A stretch of DNA of 55,601 nt, counting the filler, from Basidioascus undulatus (lineage: Eukaryota), in NCBI GenBank assembly GCA_000826855.1. It is 4 parts of 4 records of this genome, joined end to end, with 100 filler letters (N's around TTAATTAATTAA, not from the genome) between each part and the next. Parts side by side here need not be neighbours in the genome. Positions count along the whole stretch, not along the records: positions 1 to 13,837 come from JTLS01000782.1; 3 more parts are not named here. One strand, given 5' to 3'. Under the pieces are notes generated by a model. That model saw nothing but the letters and a program-made list of their open reading frames with translations. It was not told the origin of the DNA and searched no databases. The translations under genes and the position numbers were made by a program. Positions 1 through 11,700 of this stretch are shown one piece after another (the first letter of the stretch is position 1; each line of letters opens with the position of its first letter).

Positions 1-578
1 CACCGACAGGCTGCAGCGACTCCGAAGGCAACATCTCGAAGCGGCCCTCTGTACCCACGTCTCTCCCTTGGGATGGCTTTCTGGATGATTCAGCGTGTCT
101 GGAAGATATTTTTTGTCCAATAAAGCATTGTGTCCTTGGAAAGAGCCACTTGAGATGCCGTACAAGTGCAACAGCAAGAGCTCCTGGCTCCCGCTTGGCC
201 CTGGCCCTCGCACCGCCACCCACCTCTCCTCGCTCCTCTCACCTCGCCTCAGACCTACGGCGAAATTCTCCTTGTTCCTATCAGTCTCCGGCAAAGTTTT
301 CGCACAATGTCATGAGAGTGATGTATTTTCGAGGCCATTTTCACTGTTCCCTCCAACGGGCCGTCGTCTTCGTTGCACGTGAAGGCTCCGCTCGCAAGTA
401 CGTCATTTCCTGCCCCTCGTTCAGCTCGACTTTGGTCAGCTTCCTCTTTCCCACCTGCTCCCACCCTTCACACTCTAAACACCCTCAAAAGAGCTCACGG
501 CGAGTTCGGTATTTCCGGTGAGTTGGACCATCCCACAGCCCCAGGGTAAGGCCAGAGCTGATAATCAGAGCTGCCAGA

Positions 579-3185
579 ATGGTCGCCCCGCTCGACTCGC
601 TCAAGCTGCAAGAGACGCTCATCGACGTCGTCTCGTTCCCCTTCCGCGCCGTCTACATCCTCATCCAGCTCGTTATTGCCTTTGTCTTCTCCCCGCCGTA
701 CCCGCCCAAGCAGCGCCCGCACAGGGACATCAAGGTCGCTATCGTCGGCTCAGGGCTCAGCGGCGTGCGTCTTCTCTTTCCTCGCTCGCATACCTCTCAG
801 AGTGCGGTTGAATATGAAAACGACGATGGGGTCCACAGGTATCCACCGCCGCACACCTCGTCGGGCACGGCTTCGACGTGCGCATCTACACGGCGGACGA
901 GCAGGTCGGCGGGATCTGGAGCTGCGTGAACAGCACATCGGGCCTGCAAATTTCAAGCGTCCTCTACCGCTTCCACCCCTCCGTCGTCTGGCACCACTTC
1001 TACCCGCACCGCAACGAGATCCTCTCGGAGATCGCCCGCATCTGGAAGAAGTACGGTCTGCATGAACGGACTTACTTCGATGTGCGTCTCTCCTGTTCTT
1101 CTACTGCGTTTCAGGTGCGTTGTGAGGGGGGCCTCTGATGGAGAAAGGGGAGAACAGCGCCCAGTTACGAAGGTCGAGCGTCACCCGTCTTCGACGGACC
1201 CGAAGAAGCTCGGCCACGCGCGCTGGGTGCTCAACGGGGACTACACAGAGATTTTCGATGCCGTCGTCGTGTTCGTCATCTACACTCCCCGTCCTCACCC
1301 CTCCCACTACTTACCTTCCTGTCGGTTTCACCCGAACAGGACCGTTGGCACCTGCGGCGAGCCCAAGGAGCTCGACCTGCCCGGGCAGGACAAGTTCAAG
1401 GGCGAGATCGTTCACTCGTCCCGCCTAGACCGGCTCGACCCCAAGGGCAAGCGCGTCGTCGTCGTTGGTGGCGGAGCCAGCGGCGTAGAGGCAGTCGAGC
1501 TCGCTGTAGAGCTCAACGCGAAGCAGTGCGTGGTGCTGATCTCTTTTGTTGAAGGGCACTGTGTGGAGGTCGGGTCAAGCTGACGCGCGAGGGACGGGCA
1601 GAACGTACTTGCTTGCGAGATCGGACAAGTGGATCATCCCTCGCGTGCGTTTCTTGGTGCCTTCACAAATCCCCTCCGCCTCCCCAAACTGGCTGCGATC
1701 GAAGTGGTTGTTGCTAACACTGCGATGGAAACACGGGGATTCGCAGAATGTCTTTGGTGAGTTTTCGTGCCCTTGCTCTTCAGCTGTGGGGAGTGGCTCA
1801 CTCACTGTCATACCCACAGTCGACACTGCGCTCGCTCTGAACCCGTTCGGCCGCCCAATCCCCACCTCCTTCAGTGAGTCCACCTCGGTTAGACTTCGCC
1901 TAGCAAGCTTCCCCATAGCTGATGATACCTCGCATGCTGCAGTCTGGGAATACGTCCTCCGCTTCTTCCATTACCGCTCCTTGTCGGTTGTCTCCTCTCC
2001 TTCGAAGCCGTTTCTGCATTCCTGATCACTCTTCTCACGCGACATTCAGGTGGTCGATCTCTCCCGCCAAAGACGGCGGGCTCTTCACGACCACGCCTGT
2101 CCGTATTTTCCCTCCCCTCCCTTTCACCTAGCTTCCATCCTGACACTGTCGAAACGTGCGGTTGGGTGCACAGGTCGTCAACAACTCCTTCCTGCAGCAT
2201 CTCCGCGCGGGAAAGGCGAGCTACGTCCGGGGCGACCTGCTCGAGTGCACCGAGCGCGGCGTCAAGGTCAACCTCCGCGAGCGCGGCGTCGAGAAGGGCG
2301 GGCCGGGCGTGGAGGAAGCGATTGATGCGGATGTGATTGTCGTGGCTACCGTGCGCTCGGCTCCAATCGCTGTCCTTCCTGGTGGGGTTTCGATGCTGAT
2401 GAGGGGGGATTACGATAGGGCTTTGAGAGGCCTAAGGTGGACTTCTTGCCAGATGACTTGTTCCCGAAGGGGTATGAGCGGCCGAACTTGTGCGTTGCCA
2501 TTCCTTTCTCCCGCACTTTCAGGAAGCTGAACCGGGAGCCTTGTGGCACCCGCACAGGTACCTCCAAAACTTCACGACGCAGGACTGGTCGGTCCTGATG
2601 ACCAACTCGGCGTTCATGAACGGTCCGTCCCCGTCCTTCCTCCCAGCTTTCACCGACTACGCCCCTGACGCTTTTTCCTCTTCAGCCATCGGTACCGCCG
2701 GACACGTGCACATCGGCGTCTACGCGCGTATCTTGGCTCTGTGCGTCGTCCCCTGCTACCATCCCCGCATCGTAACTGCAGCTCGGGCTGACGAGTGCCC
2801 ATGGCACCCGGAACAGCTTCCTGTTGGACCCCGAAACGCGCGTCGAGCCCCGCGACGCGGAGCTGTGGGTGAACCTGATCAAGTTTGTGAAGCGCGCCGC
2901 GCCAGGCGGGCAGCTAACGTTCTTCACCTACGTGCGTCCTCCCCCCGGCCCCCCTCCTCCCCCTTCCTTCCCTTCCCTTCCATTCTCGGCGTTTACAATA
3001 CGTGCGGGGCACGCAGGCCGAGCTCTGCTTCTGGGTCGTTTCGTGCGTCTCTCACCTTCTTTCAGTCGAAAGAGAATTTGAGAGTAGGAGCTGAGTTTGA
3101 GGGGTGTTTTCGCAGGTTCCACTTTTTCCGCCCGCGCAGGCTTAAGCATCTGCCGTTTGTGTTGTTTGGGTTGGGATATGACTGA
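579..3185 (+). CDS. Flavin-containing monooxygenase-like protein (multi-exon)
   Basis: Spliced with GT-AG introns. FAD motif KVAIVGSGLSGVS, VGGIWS.VNSTSGLQISS, NADPH motif KRVVVVGGGASGVEA, DVIVVATGF; stop TGA 3183-3185. Confidence 0.85.
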
Positions 3186-3899
3186 GAGGCCCGCGTGGGG
3201 CGAGAAACAGATGTGGTCGGGGAAGATTTGACGCGCGGGCCGGCGGCGGGGGAGGGGGCCGGGTGATAGAAATGGACTATTGACTTTGAATGCGTAGATA
3301 TTTTCATGCAATGTAGTCAAGACTGCGTTCGACGTTTGGATGTGAGAAGGCATGGACGTGTGCGCGGTAGTTTCTCACTGTTCGTACCTTTCCCGAAGCT
3401 TCCACACTGGAGCATGGCAGATTCTCTTTCTCTTGAATAGCACGACGTAGACAATCGATTGGCACACCGACGTACGTCCAGCGCAGCAAAGTGTCGATGC
3501 AATATCAACGGACATAACAAGAGGGCAACAATGGCAAGACGCAGATAGGAAACATTACGAGCAACAAGAGAAAAACATGGAAAAGAAGCAAAAATGCTTT
3601 ACTTCAGTTGATCTTACGGAGATTTTGACATCCCAAACCTCGTTCTGGACGGCCAAGCGGTGCACGTGTTCTCCGAGGTGCCCGAGACGGACGACGTCTG
3701 CGCAAAGGGCGCCAGGCAGTCTCCGCCTCGTCTTGTACGTGGGGATCGGGAAAGTGGATGAAGGGGCTGATGTTCGGCACATGGAAAGCAACTCATCTGT
3801 AATCAATGTAACTGGTTAGCAAGGCTGGAGACAGGAGAGGCAAATGCTTAGACTGGTTTACATCATTACCCGGCTCGACGCGCTGAACAGTGGCAATGG

Positions 3900-4440
3900 A
3901 GTAGAGCTACCTAGGACTGCGGCAATGGAATATAAGCCGCTAGAAACTGTGGCAATAGTGTTGCTGGCCTGGTTCATGACAGACAGCCCTGGCAGTTCTT
4001 TCAGCTGTCTAAAGATTTCAAGGACATTAACCCTACAACCAGGGACTGTTCCCCGGCCAAGGACTTCCTTTCCCTCCAGCCAGCCAGGACTGTCCTTCAC
4101 TCCAGGCAGTCCTTCTGCACAAGCTGTATTAGTCCAGGAACTCTCACAGCTGTGGGCCAGGGGTTCAATTGCACCATTGTGTTGTCCTGTTCTATTCTTT
4201 TGTGGCCCTTGACCCAAGTTCACTTCATCTGTGGCCTTTTGTGTATGACAAATGCACATTCACAGCCATACAGCATTTTGCACCAAAATCTCAAGCACAT
4301 TGTTGGCCACAAGCTGATACTTGCCTGTATGTCCACTGGGCTGTCTGAAAGCCACCCAGCGGTTGTGTTTTCTGTAGTACTCTCAAGGAATATTCTCATT
4401 AATTTATAGTATATGGACATCCCTAAGGAACTGCTATCTA
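3900..4440. mobile_element. CpG-depleted intergenic segment, probable repeat/TE relic
   Basis: Only 4 CpG counted in 3901-4440, against CpG-dense flanks. No coherent coding frame. Element identity not determined. Confidence 0.35.
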
Positions 4441-4615
4441 TAAAAAAATGTGAGATGGAGGTGGAAAGAGAAGAGGAAGACGCTCATCATCACTCAGGTT
4501 AGGTCCTGGCCTCGACGCGAATCCCCAGGCGCCTTCGCGCTCGCCTTTCGCGCTCGTCTCGTCGCTATCTTCCTCCACGCCTGCCGTTCTCCCCCGCCGT
4601 CGCCTACATTTCACG

Positions 4616-6528
4616 ATGGCCGACGTCCAATCTCCACCGAATCCGCCCCCCTCGACCGAGCCCGAATCTGCGTCCACTCCCGCTGAGCTTCCGCTCCTGC
4701 GAGACCTCGTGCGGCGGAATGTGAAGCGCTCGAGGGACCTGTTCACGGCGGACTTGGGAGGGAGTGAAGGAAAGGAGGAAAGAAGGTGCGTCTGCTTTTC
4801 TCACGGCGACCATGAAGTGGGCGGCTGAGGTTGTGGCCGGCTCGACAGTTTGAAGACGAAGCTCGCGGTTAAACTGGAGGCGGAGTACAAGAGCGCGCAG
4901 ACGCTGCCGACGGCGTTGCTAGCGCAGCAGGGTGGTGTTGGTCCTGCGCGACCGGGTGGAAAGAAGGCGAATGTGGAACGTGCGTCTAGTTCTCGGTCGT
5001 GGGACTACCTGTTCGCGCTCACATCGCTCCAGCAGCTCCGATCGAGGCTTCCCAGATCATCGAGGACGTCGCTCGTCGGCAGAAGTGAGTGTTGCACTGT
5101 CCGAAATTGTAGTGAGAGCTGGACCTGATCAGTGGTCTCCTTTCAGCGCCGGCGCCCCCTCGCAATCCCTCATCCTCCACCGCTCCTTCCCCTCCGGTGG
5201 CGCGAACCCCTACTCCTCCACCCCCTCCAACTCTTCCTCGACGCGCCTCTCCCAGCAGCTCATCCGCCTCAAGAACCAGCAACAAGCGAAGCCCGACTAC
5301 CATCCGCATTGGAAGCTGTCGCGCGTCATTTCGGGGCACTTGGGTTGGGTGCGAGCCGTGGCGGTCGAGCCGGGCAACAAGTGGTTCGCGACGGGTGCTG
5401 GCGATCGTGTCATCAAGGTGCGTAGAATGCGCTCGGGCGAGATTGGGGGGCAAGACTGAGGACGATCGTTGGCAGATTTGGGATCTGGCGTCGGGTGAGC
5501 TCAAGCTCTCGCTGACGGGTCACATCTCCACCGTCCGCGGCCTGGCTGTCTCCAGCCGGCATCCGTACCTCTTTTCGTGCGGAGAGGACAAGGTGGGTCC
5601 CGGCGTGCCTTGCCTAGGCTAGGCGTGTTCTGACGAGCGGTGGTAGATGGTCAAATGCTGGGACCTCGAGTCGAACAAGGTCATCCGGCACTACCACGGT
5701 CACCTCTCCGGCATCTACTCCCTCGCGCTCCATCCCACCCTTGACGTGCTCGTCACCGCCGGTCGCGACGCCTCCGCCCGCGTCTGGGACATGCGGACCA
5801 AGGCGCAGATTCACGTCCTCGCGGGCCACACCGGCACTGTTGCAAACGTGCAGTGCCAGGAGAGCGACCCGCAGGTGATCACGGGTTCGATGGACTCGAC
5901 CATCAAGTGCATTTTTTGTGTTACAGTTTCAAACGTATCTTTCGCTGACTCGACCGCGATGATCAAGGCTCTGGGATCTCGCGGCCGGCCGTGCCATGAC
6001 AACCCTTACGCACCACAAGAAGTCCGTCCGCGCGCTCGCGGTCCACCCGACCGAGTACAGCTTCGCGTCCGGCTCGGCGGGGGGGAACAACATTAAGAAG
6101 TGGAAGTGCCCAGAGGGGACGTTCGTGCACAACTTCAGCGGCCACGACGCCATCATCAACACGCTCTCGGTCAACCCCGACGGCGTCCTCTTCTCTGGCG
6201 GTGCGCTCCTCCCTGGTACCTCCCTTCCTCTGCGGAACTCCCTTGCTGAGAGTGCGGTGCTTTGGCGACAGGTGACAACGGGACGATTACGCTGTGGGAC
6301 TACAAGACCGGTCTGCCGTTCCAGACGATGAACGACATCCCCCAGCCCGGCTCGCTCGACGCCGAGGCCGGCGTGTTCTGCTCGACGTTCGATCAAACGG
6401 GCACGCGCTTGATTACTGGCGGCGCGGACAAGACGATCAAGGTAAGTCAACGTTGGTTCGTGTGTCTGGGCGAGGTTGGCGGCTGACGCGGGCCCGCATG
6501 GCTCCAGGTGTACAAGGAGGTGTCTTAG
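4616..6528 (+). CDS. PRP46: Pre-mRNA splicing factor Prp46/PLRG1 (WD40)
   Basis: [97 protein letters not shown]; stop TAG 6526-6528. Confidence 0.95.
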
Positions 6529-6867
6529 GCGGGCAGCATGTAACAGTATAGCGCGTGGACTCAACGCTTGTGTATTCGAGTGTACTCGACTTGCTTGCCC
6601 GATTGTTGTCCGCTAGCTGACGGCCAGGTTCGCTACTATATCGCTTTGTCGCCATCGCGGTCATCGACGACTCGTTTCGCCTCATCTTCGTCAGACCATG
6701 TCGATCGAACAGTCTCATATTCGTCTATTCGATACGGGGTCGTCTTTTGTCCTCATTTTCAGCACCTCCTTGACCAACTCGCGCCGCAACTTGGTCGTTC
6801 ACACCGCACTCGCAGCGTCGCCCTCACACTATCCTCATTTTGTGGCATTGCCCTAGCGCAGCAGACA

Positions 6868-7722
6868 ATGCTCGTCTACGAAATTCCCTGTGTCCTGCTC
6901 GGCTTCTATCTCGTTGCTCTCGTACGCCTCTCTGCCGTCCCGTTGGCACGCATCGTTGCAAAGGACCTGCGAACTGACAACGTGTGGCTTTCGCACCCCA
7001 CAGGCCTGGGGAGCGAGCACCGGCGCACTGTTCGGCGTGCTGGAGCTCTTGATCGGCAACGCTATACTGCGTGCTGGTGCGCTGTCGGGATACACCAGCA
7101 ATCTCGAGGCAGCTCGAACTGGCGCCGTCGGTACGTTCACATGTCCGTTCACTCTCATTCTGCCCTACGCTCGTGCCGGCCTGGGCCTGAAAATGCTAAC
7201 GACCTCCCACAACGTCCCTCAGGAGGGTCCGTCTTCCGCGCTGCGTTCTTCGTGGTAGCGGCAGCGCTCGAGCATCTCTTCCACGCCCGCCTCGCGCTCG
7301 ACGACCGCATCGTCCCCTTCCCCCTGCTCGTCCAGCCGTTCCTAACCGCCGGATGCTCCGCCCTCTCCGGCGTGCTAAACGCGCTCATCGGCCAGGCGGT
7401 CCTCACGCGCGCGACGCGCCCGACCCCGCGGGGGCTCGACCTCCTGCACGCCGCGCACGCGGGCGCGCTGGGCGGGGCGATACTTGCTGTCGGCTGGCTG
7501 CTGCTTTCCATGGGGATGCTGGGCGCGCGGAAACTGCGTGACCGAGAGGGAGAAGAGGAGAAGGGGGAGCCGGAAGGGAGGTCGATGGGGGAGGCACTGG
7601 AGAGGATGAGGGTGTCGTTCGTGCTCTGCGGTGGGCTCAAGAGGGGCACGGAGGAAGGCGAGAAGCCGCGGACCAGGAAGCTCAGGCTCAGCGTCATCTT
7701 GCCGCCTTCGGTGGCTAGCTAG
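6868..7722 (+). CDS. Hypothetical multi-pass membrane protein (3 exons)
   Basis: MLVYEIPCVLLGFYLVAL | AWGASTGALFGVLELLIGNAILRAG | GGSVFRAAFFVV... joined by GTACG-CAG introns; several hydrophobic segments. Confidence 0.6.
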   Translation: MLVYEIPCVLLGFYLVALVRLSAVPLARIVAKDLRTDNVWLSHPTGLGSEHRRTVRRAGALDRQRYTACWCAVGIHQQSRGSSNWRRRYVHMSVHSHSALRSCRPGPENANDLPQRPSGGSVFRAAFFVVAAALEHLFHARLALDDRIVPFPLLVQPFLTAGCSALSGVLNALIGQAVLTRATRPTPRGLDLLHAAHAGALGGAILAVGWLLLSMGMLGARKLRDREGEEEKGEPEGRSMGEALERMRVSFVLCGGLKRGTEEGEKPRTRKLRLSVILPPSVAS

Positions 7723-8064
7723 GCGGAGAACCGGCTGCAGGGTGTGTTATGATGTTCCGTAATGCGTTTTGTTTCCTGGCTCGGATATCGTTTACTGGAA
7801 TGCGTGTATAATCTAATTGCACCGTTCATGGGTTCAGGCGAGATTGTGCACTACCAACACGTGCTGGCCCGCCCCAAGCGCAAACGAGCAAATTCAAAGC
7901 AAGCACAACAACAATAGCATTGTCCCTATCACCACCGCAACATCCACGTCCCCCGCTTGCCCCGCACGAACGACAGCCCCTTCTCGGCGTGCTGGTCTCC
8001 CCTCCCAATACAAAACCTCATTCCCGCCCTCTGCTCTGCACGCCAACGCCGCTTGGTCGACGAC

Positions 8065-9591
8065 TCAGGACCCGCCGGTGACGAGGTTCTGGTACTGCGG
8101 GCTCGAGTTCTCGTACTCCTTGAGCAGGAGCGTGTCCCGGTTCTTGATGATCCACCTAGGGAGCGAGCGGGCATGCGTGTCAGCGGGTATTGGGCGAAAA
8201 GCGATAGGGCAGCAGCCGCAAGGAAGTGTGTTGTGAAAGCGGGGAAGGGCAAGGAAGGGAGAAGCGCCACGCACTTCAGCAAGTCTTGCACGTGCTCCTG
8301 GAGGACCTTGACGCTCTCCGCGTCGATTGTCGTGAACGCCAGCATAGCCGGCAGATTGACTGCCGCCGCCCCCGCACCTCATTCAGCTCACCCATTCCCT
8401 CTTCTGCTCCCTCGCCCCACTCACCGATCAGCCTTAAAAAGTGTTCCGCGCCATAGACGAAGCTCATCTCCCTGCCCTCCTGCCCCTCGGGGACGTCGCG
8501 GTCCACGCGCTTGCGCTGCTCGACGTACTGCGGGCGCTCGAACCGGTAGAGCAGGTTCGCTCCCAGCGCGCGGTTGAAGTAGAGCTCGAGCCCGGCGAGG
8601 ACTTCGAGTAAGACCGCACGCGCTTTTGGGTCGGCGAGGGTGGAGGTGGTTTGGGCAGAGGAAGAGGAGGCGGAGGAAGGGTGCTGTGCGAGGTAGGTTT
8701 GGAGGAAGTCGTGCACGCTGGGCTTTCGGGGGAGGGGGACGAGCTGCGGGGATGGGGAAGGTGGGAAGGGTGAGATTGGGACTCGCGCGAAGGAAAGAGG
8801 GGGTGGGAGGACGGTGCGGATGAGAGGGACGCACTTGGTTGTTCTTCGTGATCGCCTCCCAGTCATCCACGAGCTGGACCTTGAGCGTATCGGGTATGGG
8901 GATCCGAATCTCCGGCCTCTTCAAGTACTCCGCCTCCTTCATCCCTCATTCCCCGATCAGCCTCCGTTCCCATTCCCTCCCTCCCGGTTCCCTTCCGGAC
9001 GCACCGTATCCACCACGCTCTCCCTCCCGCGCTTGCGGTCCGACCCGCCCGCGCCCGCGCCGCTCGGGCGGTCTTTGCGCTTGCTTGAGCTCGACGAGGC
9101 CGCGGACCCCGAGGCGGCCTTGGTCGACTCGACCAGCTGCTTCTGCTTGAGCCGGTTGTCGTCCGTCATCTTGAGCATGCGCGTCTCGGGCACCCACTCG
9201 TCCCATCTGGGGCGGCGTAACTCCGGAATGAGCATCACCGCACCCTCGTGGTTCTTGCGCAGGAATAGGAATGGAGCAGACGGGATGGACACGCACTTTT
9301 GTTTCCACCCCTTGTAGTGTACGAGATAGTGCGGCCCCGGCGTATCCGCGTCCGTCCGGTTCTCGATTTTGAGGACCTGCACCCAGTACCCGCTCATCAG
9401 CCTCGAATGTGACCATCTTCGGAGCGCGATCGAGTGCGTGAGAGACGGACCTTGGCCTCGTACAGAAGCGGGCCATGGAAGCAGAGGACGGTCTCCTTCT
9501 CGGCGTAGTTGAACGCCCTGTGAGCCCCGGGGACCTCCGAGTCAGCCTGAATGATGTGGTGAGATTGTGCAACTTATTAGTATACGGACAT
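8065..9591 (-). CDS. EAF3: Eaf3/MRG15 chromodomain + MRG domain protein
   Basis: [84 protein letters not shown]. Confidence 0.95.
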
Positions 9592-10221
9592 GGCGAAGTT
9601 AGTGAACGGAGATCAAGATTGATGCTGGTGGGTAATAGCTGTGAGGCGCGAAGCGCGTCGCACTTGCACGCGTCTGGTCGGGCTTCGTAACGCCCGATAG
9701 CAGAGGAGATTCCACACTGAGCGTGGACCTCCAAACGTATATTGACCAGACTGCCGTTCTTCAGAAATCAGGAGGCAAATGCGATAGACAAATGCAAAGC
9801 AGAAGTGAAGAGGTCGAAAGTAAGCCCGAACGGGTGCGTGGATAGTTGTTTGGCAGCCGAGGCCCGAGGGCCCATCATTATCGGCACTCGGCGATTATGA
9901 ATCTAAGTGCAGGACAGGCAAGACGGGCAAGCACGGGAAAGGCGGGTTTGGGCAATACGGAACCGCAGGCATATATGGAGGAAGGAAGATGGATGGATGG
10001 ATAGAGAGAAAGGACAGGGACAAGCTCGACCATACTGCGCAATCCAATCCCACGAAACGCCCCAGGAAGCTAGCTCATCCTGCGGCACGTATACCGCCGA
10101 GACACCCACACGTCTAGTCGTGTCGATCCTGTACAGCAAGAAGGGGAAGGCCTAAGTCAGCGACCAATTCTGCCTTGGCTCCTTTCTCCCCTCCCACAAG
10201 CCCAGCGCGCGCTCCAAAAAG

Positions 10222-10324
10222 AATCAGGACAGTGTATAGCGTATGTAGTTGTTTAAAAGCACTGCCGGGGTTGTTTCTCCGCAAAGAGCATTCGGTCTGG
10301 TGCCTAGCATAAAGCTCATCTTTT
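10222..10324 (-). ncRNA. Intron-encoded box C/D snoRNA, predicted guide for 18S Gm562 (yeast numbering)
   Basis: Minus strand: C-like box AAGATGA (10322-10316), D' CCGA (10295-10292) preceded by GGCACCAGA (antisense to 18S UCUGGUGCC), D box CTGA (10227-10224). Enclosed by a perfect 14-bp inverted repeat (10205-10218/10328-10341) inside a GTAAGT...GCTGAC...CAG intron (10383-10129). Confidence 0.75.
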
Positions 10325-11700
10325 GGATTTGGAGCGCGCGCGCGGCCCCCCACTTAAACGAGAATGGAATGGTCGGGACTTACGTTTTGGAGAGAAAGTG
10401 GGGAGCGGGAGGAGGTGAGGAGAGGATGAGATGGTAGGGTAAGGAGAAGGAGGCAGGAGAAGACGCTTTGAGGACGCGGGCGTTGCTCAGGGCCGGTCTC
10501 GCTGCGTCGCAGTGCCGATGGAGCGTCGCGCTGCTTCTTCTACTTTCATACTCTCAACTTTCAAGTATATCTCCTGAAATTCTGTAGCACACTTACCATC
10601 CCCTGTTTTCAAACAAGCCCTCCCTCCCTCGGGGCGAGCGGCCCTCATCCGACGCCCAACGCAGCCCACCGGCGGACTTCCACAGGTTCCAACTTCCTGG
10701 CAAGCACTTCGGTCAAGAACCTACCAATCTGCACAACCAAATCAGAAGTGAAAACTCCCACTAAAGACCCCACTGTGAATTACAAGACCAGCAGAAAAGG
10801 CACAGCTCTGAACGTACTTGTGGCAGCGTGTATTGTCAGTAGCCCGCGTCCGTCTTGCCATCCTTCTTCCATGCATTCTTCGCTTCCTTGCGGCAGATCA
10901 AGCTGAATTCGGATGTAGACGAGATCGTAGAACCAAGGCAAGAGGGTGAGAGGTACCCGAGAGTTGGCTATGAGTGGATGTGGGACTTCGGCGGTGGGAT
11001 CTCAAAGAGCACGCGGCGGTACTGTGGTTCATTCCCTCCATATGGGCCCCAAGTGAGAGTAAAAATAACACTCTGCCTGCTCTTGTACCCCAAACATACC
11101 GGAGTACGCCTAAAGCATGCTAAAGCGCCTGTGTCGTCGGGCAGTGCATGCGCATCTATCCCAGCTGGATGGTCCTTGCGTTGAGTACAGACCGCGGTGT
11201 ACATTTAAGCGCCCACAAATGTGAATAAAAGACTTTACTGAGAAGCTCTTGACTCTCACGCCGAAAGCGCCCTCGCTGTTCGGACTCCTTCTGCCACATC
11301 TTTGGACCCGAGTTACCAACCATTTTTCCTGGAGAAAAAGGTACACATTAAAATGCCGCCAAAATTCAGCCTGTCTGGGCCGGGCCGGTGTCAACACGAC
11401 CGAGGAGCTCCCCCGCAGCACTATATTTCACCGCCCTGCTCTCCGTACACAACTAGAATCCCACACAATCAAACACCCCAAGTACGACAAAACAGACAAC
11501 CGACAAGTGAATAGACACAGACTATCAGAAAATCGAGCCCACATCCGACCTCGACACATTCTTTCACCTTCATATTAAATTGGACCACGACAGTCATGAA
11601 ACAAAGTGAACCACCCAACCAGAGGAGCACCGCCCCACACCGCATATCTGGCACTCGCTCGCGAAACAAAAGAGGAAAGAATAGAAGACACGAGGGGTGT

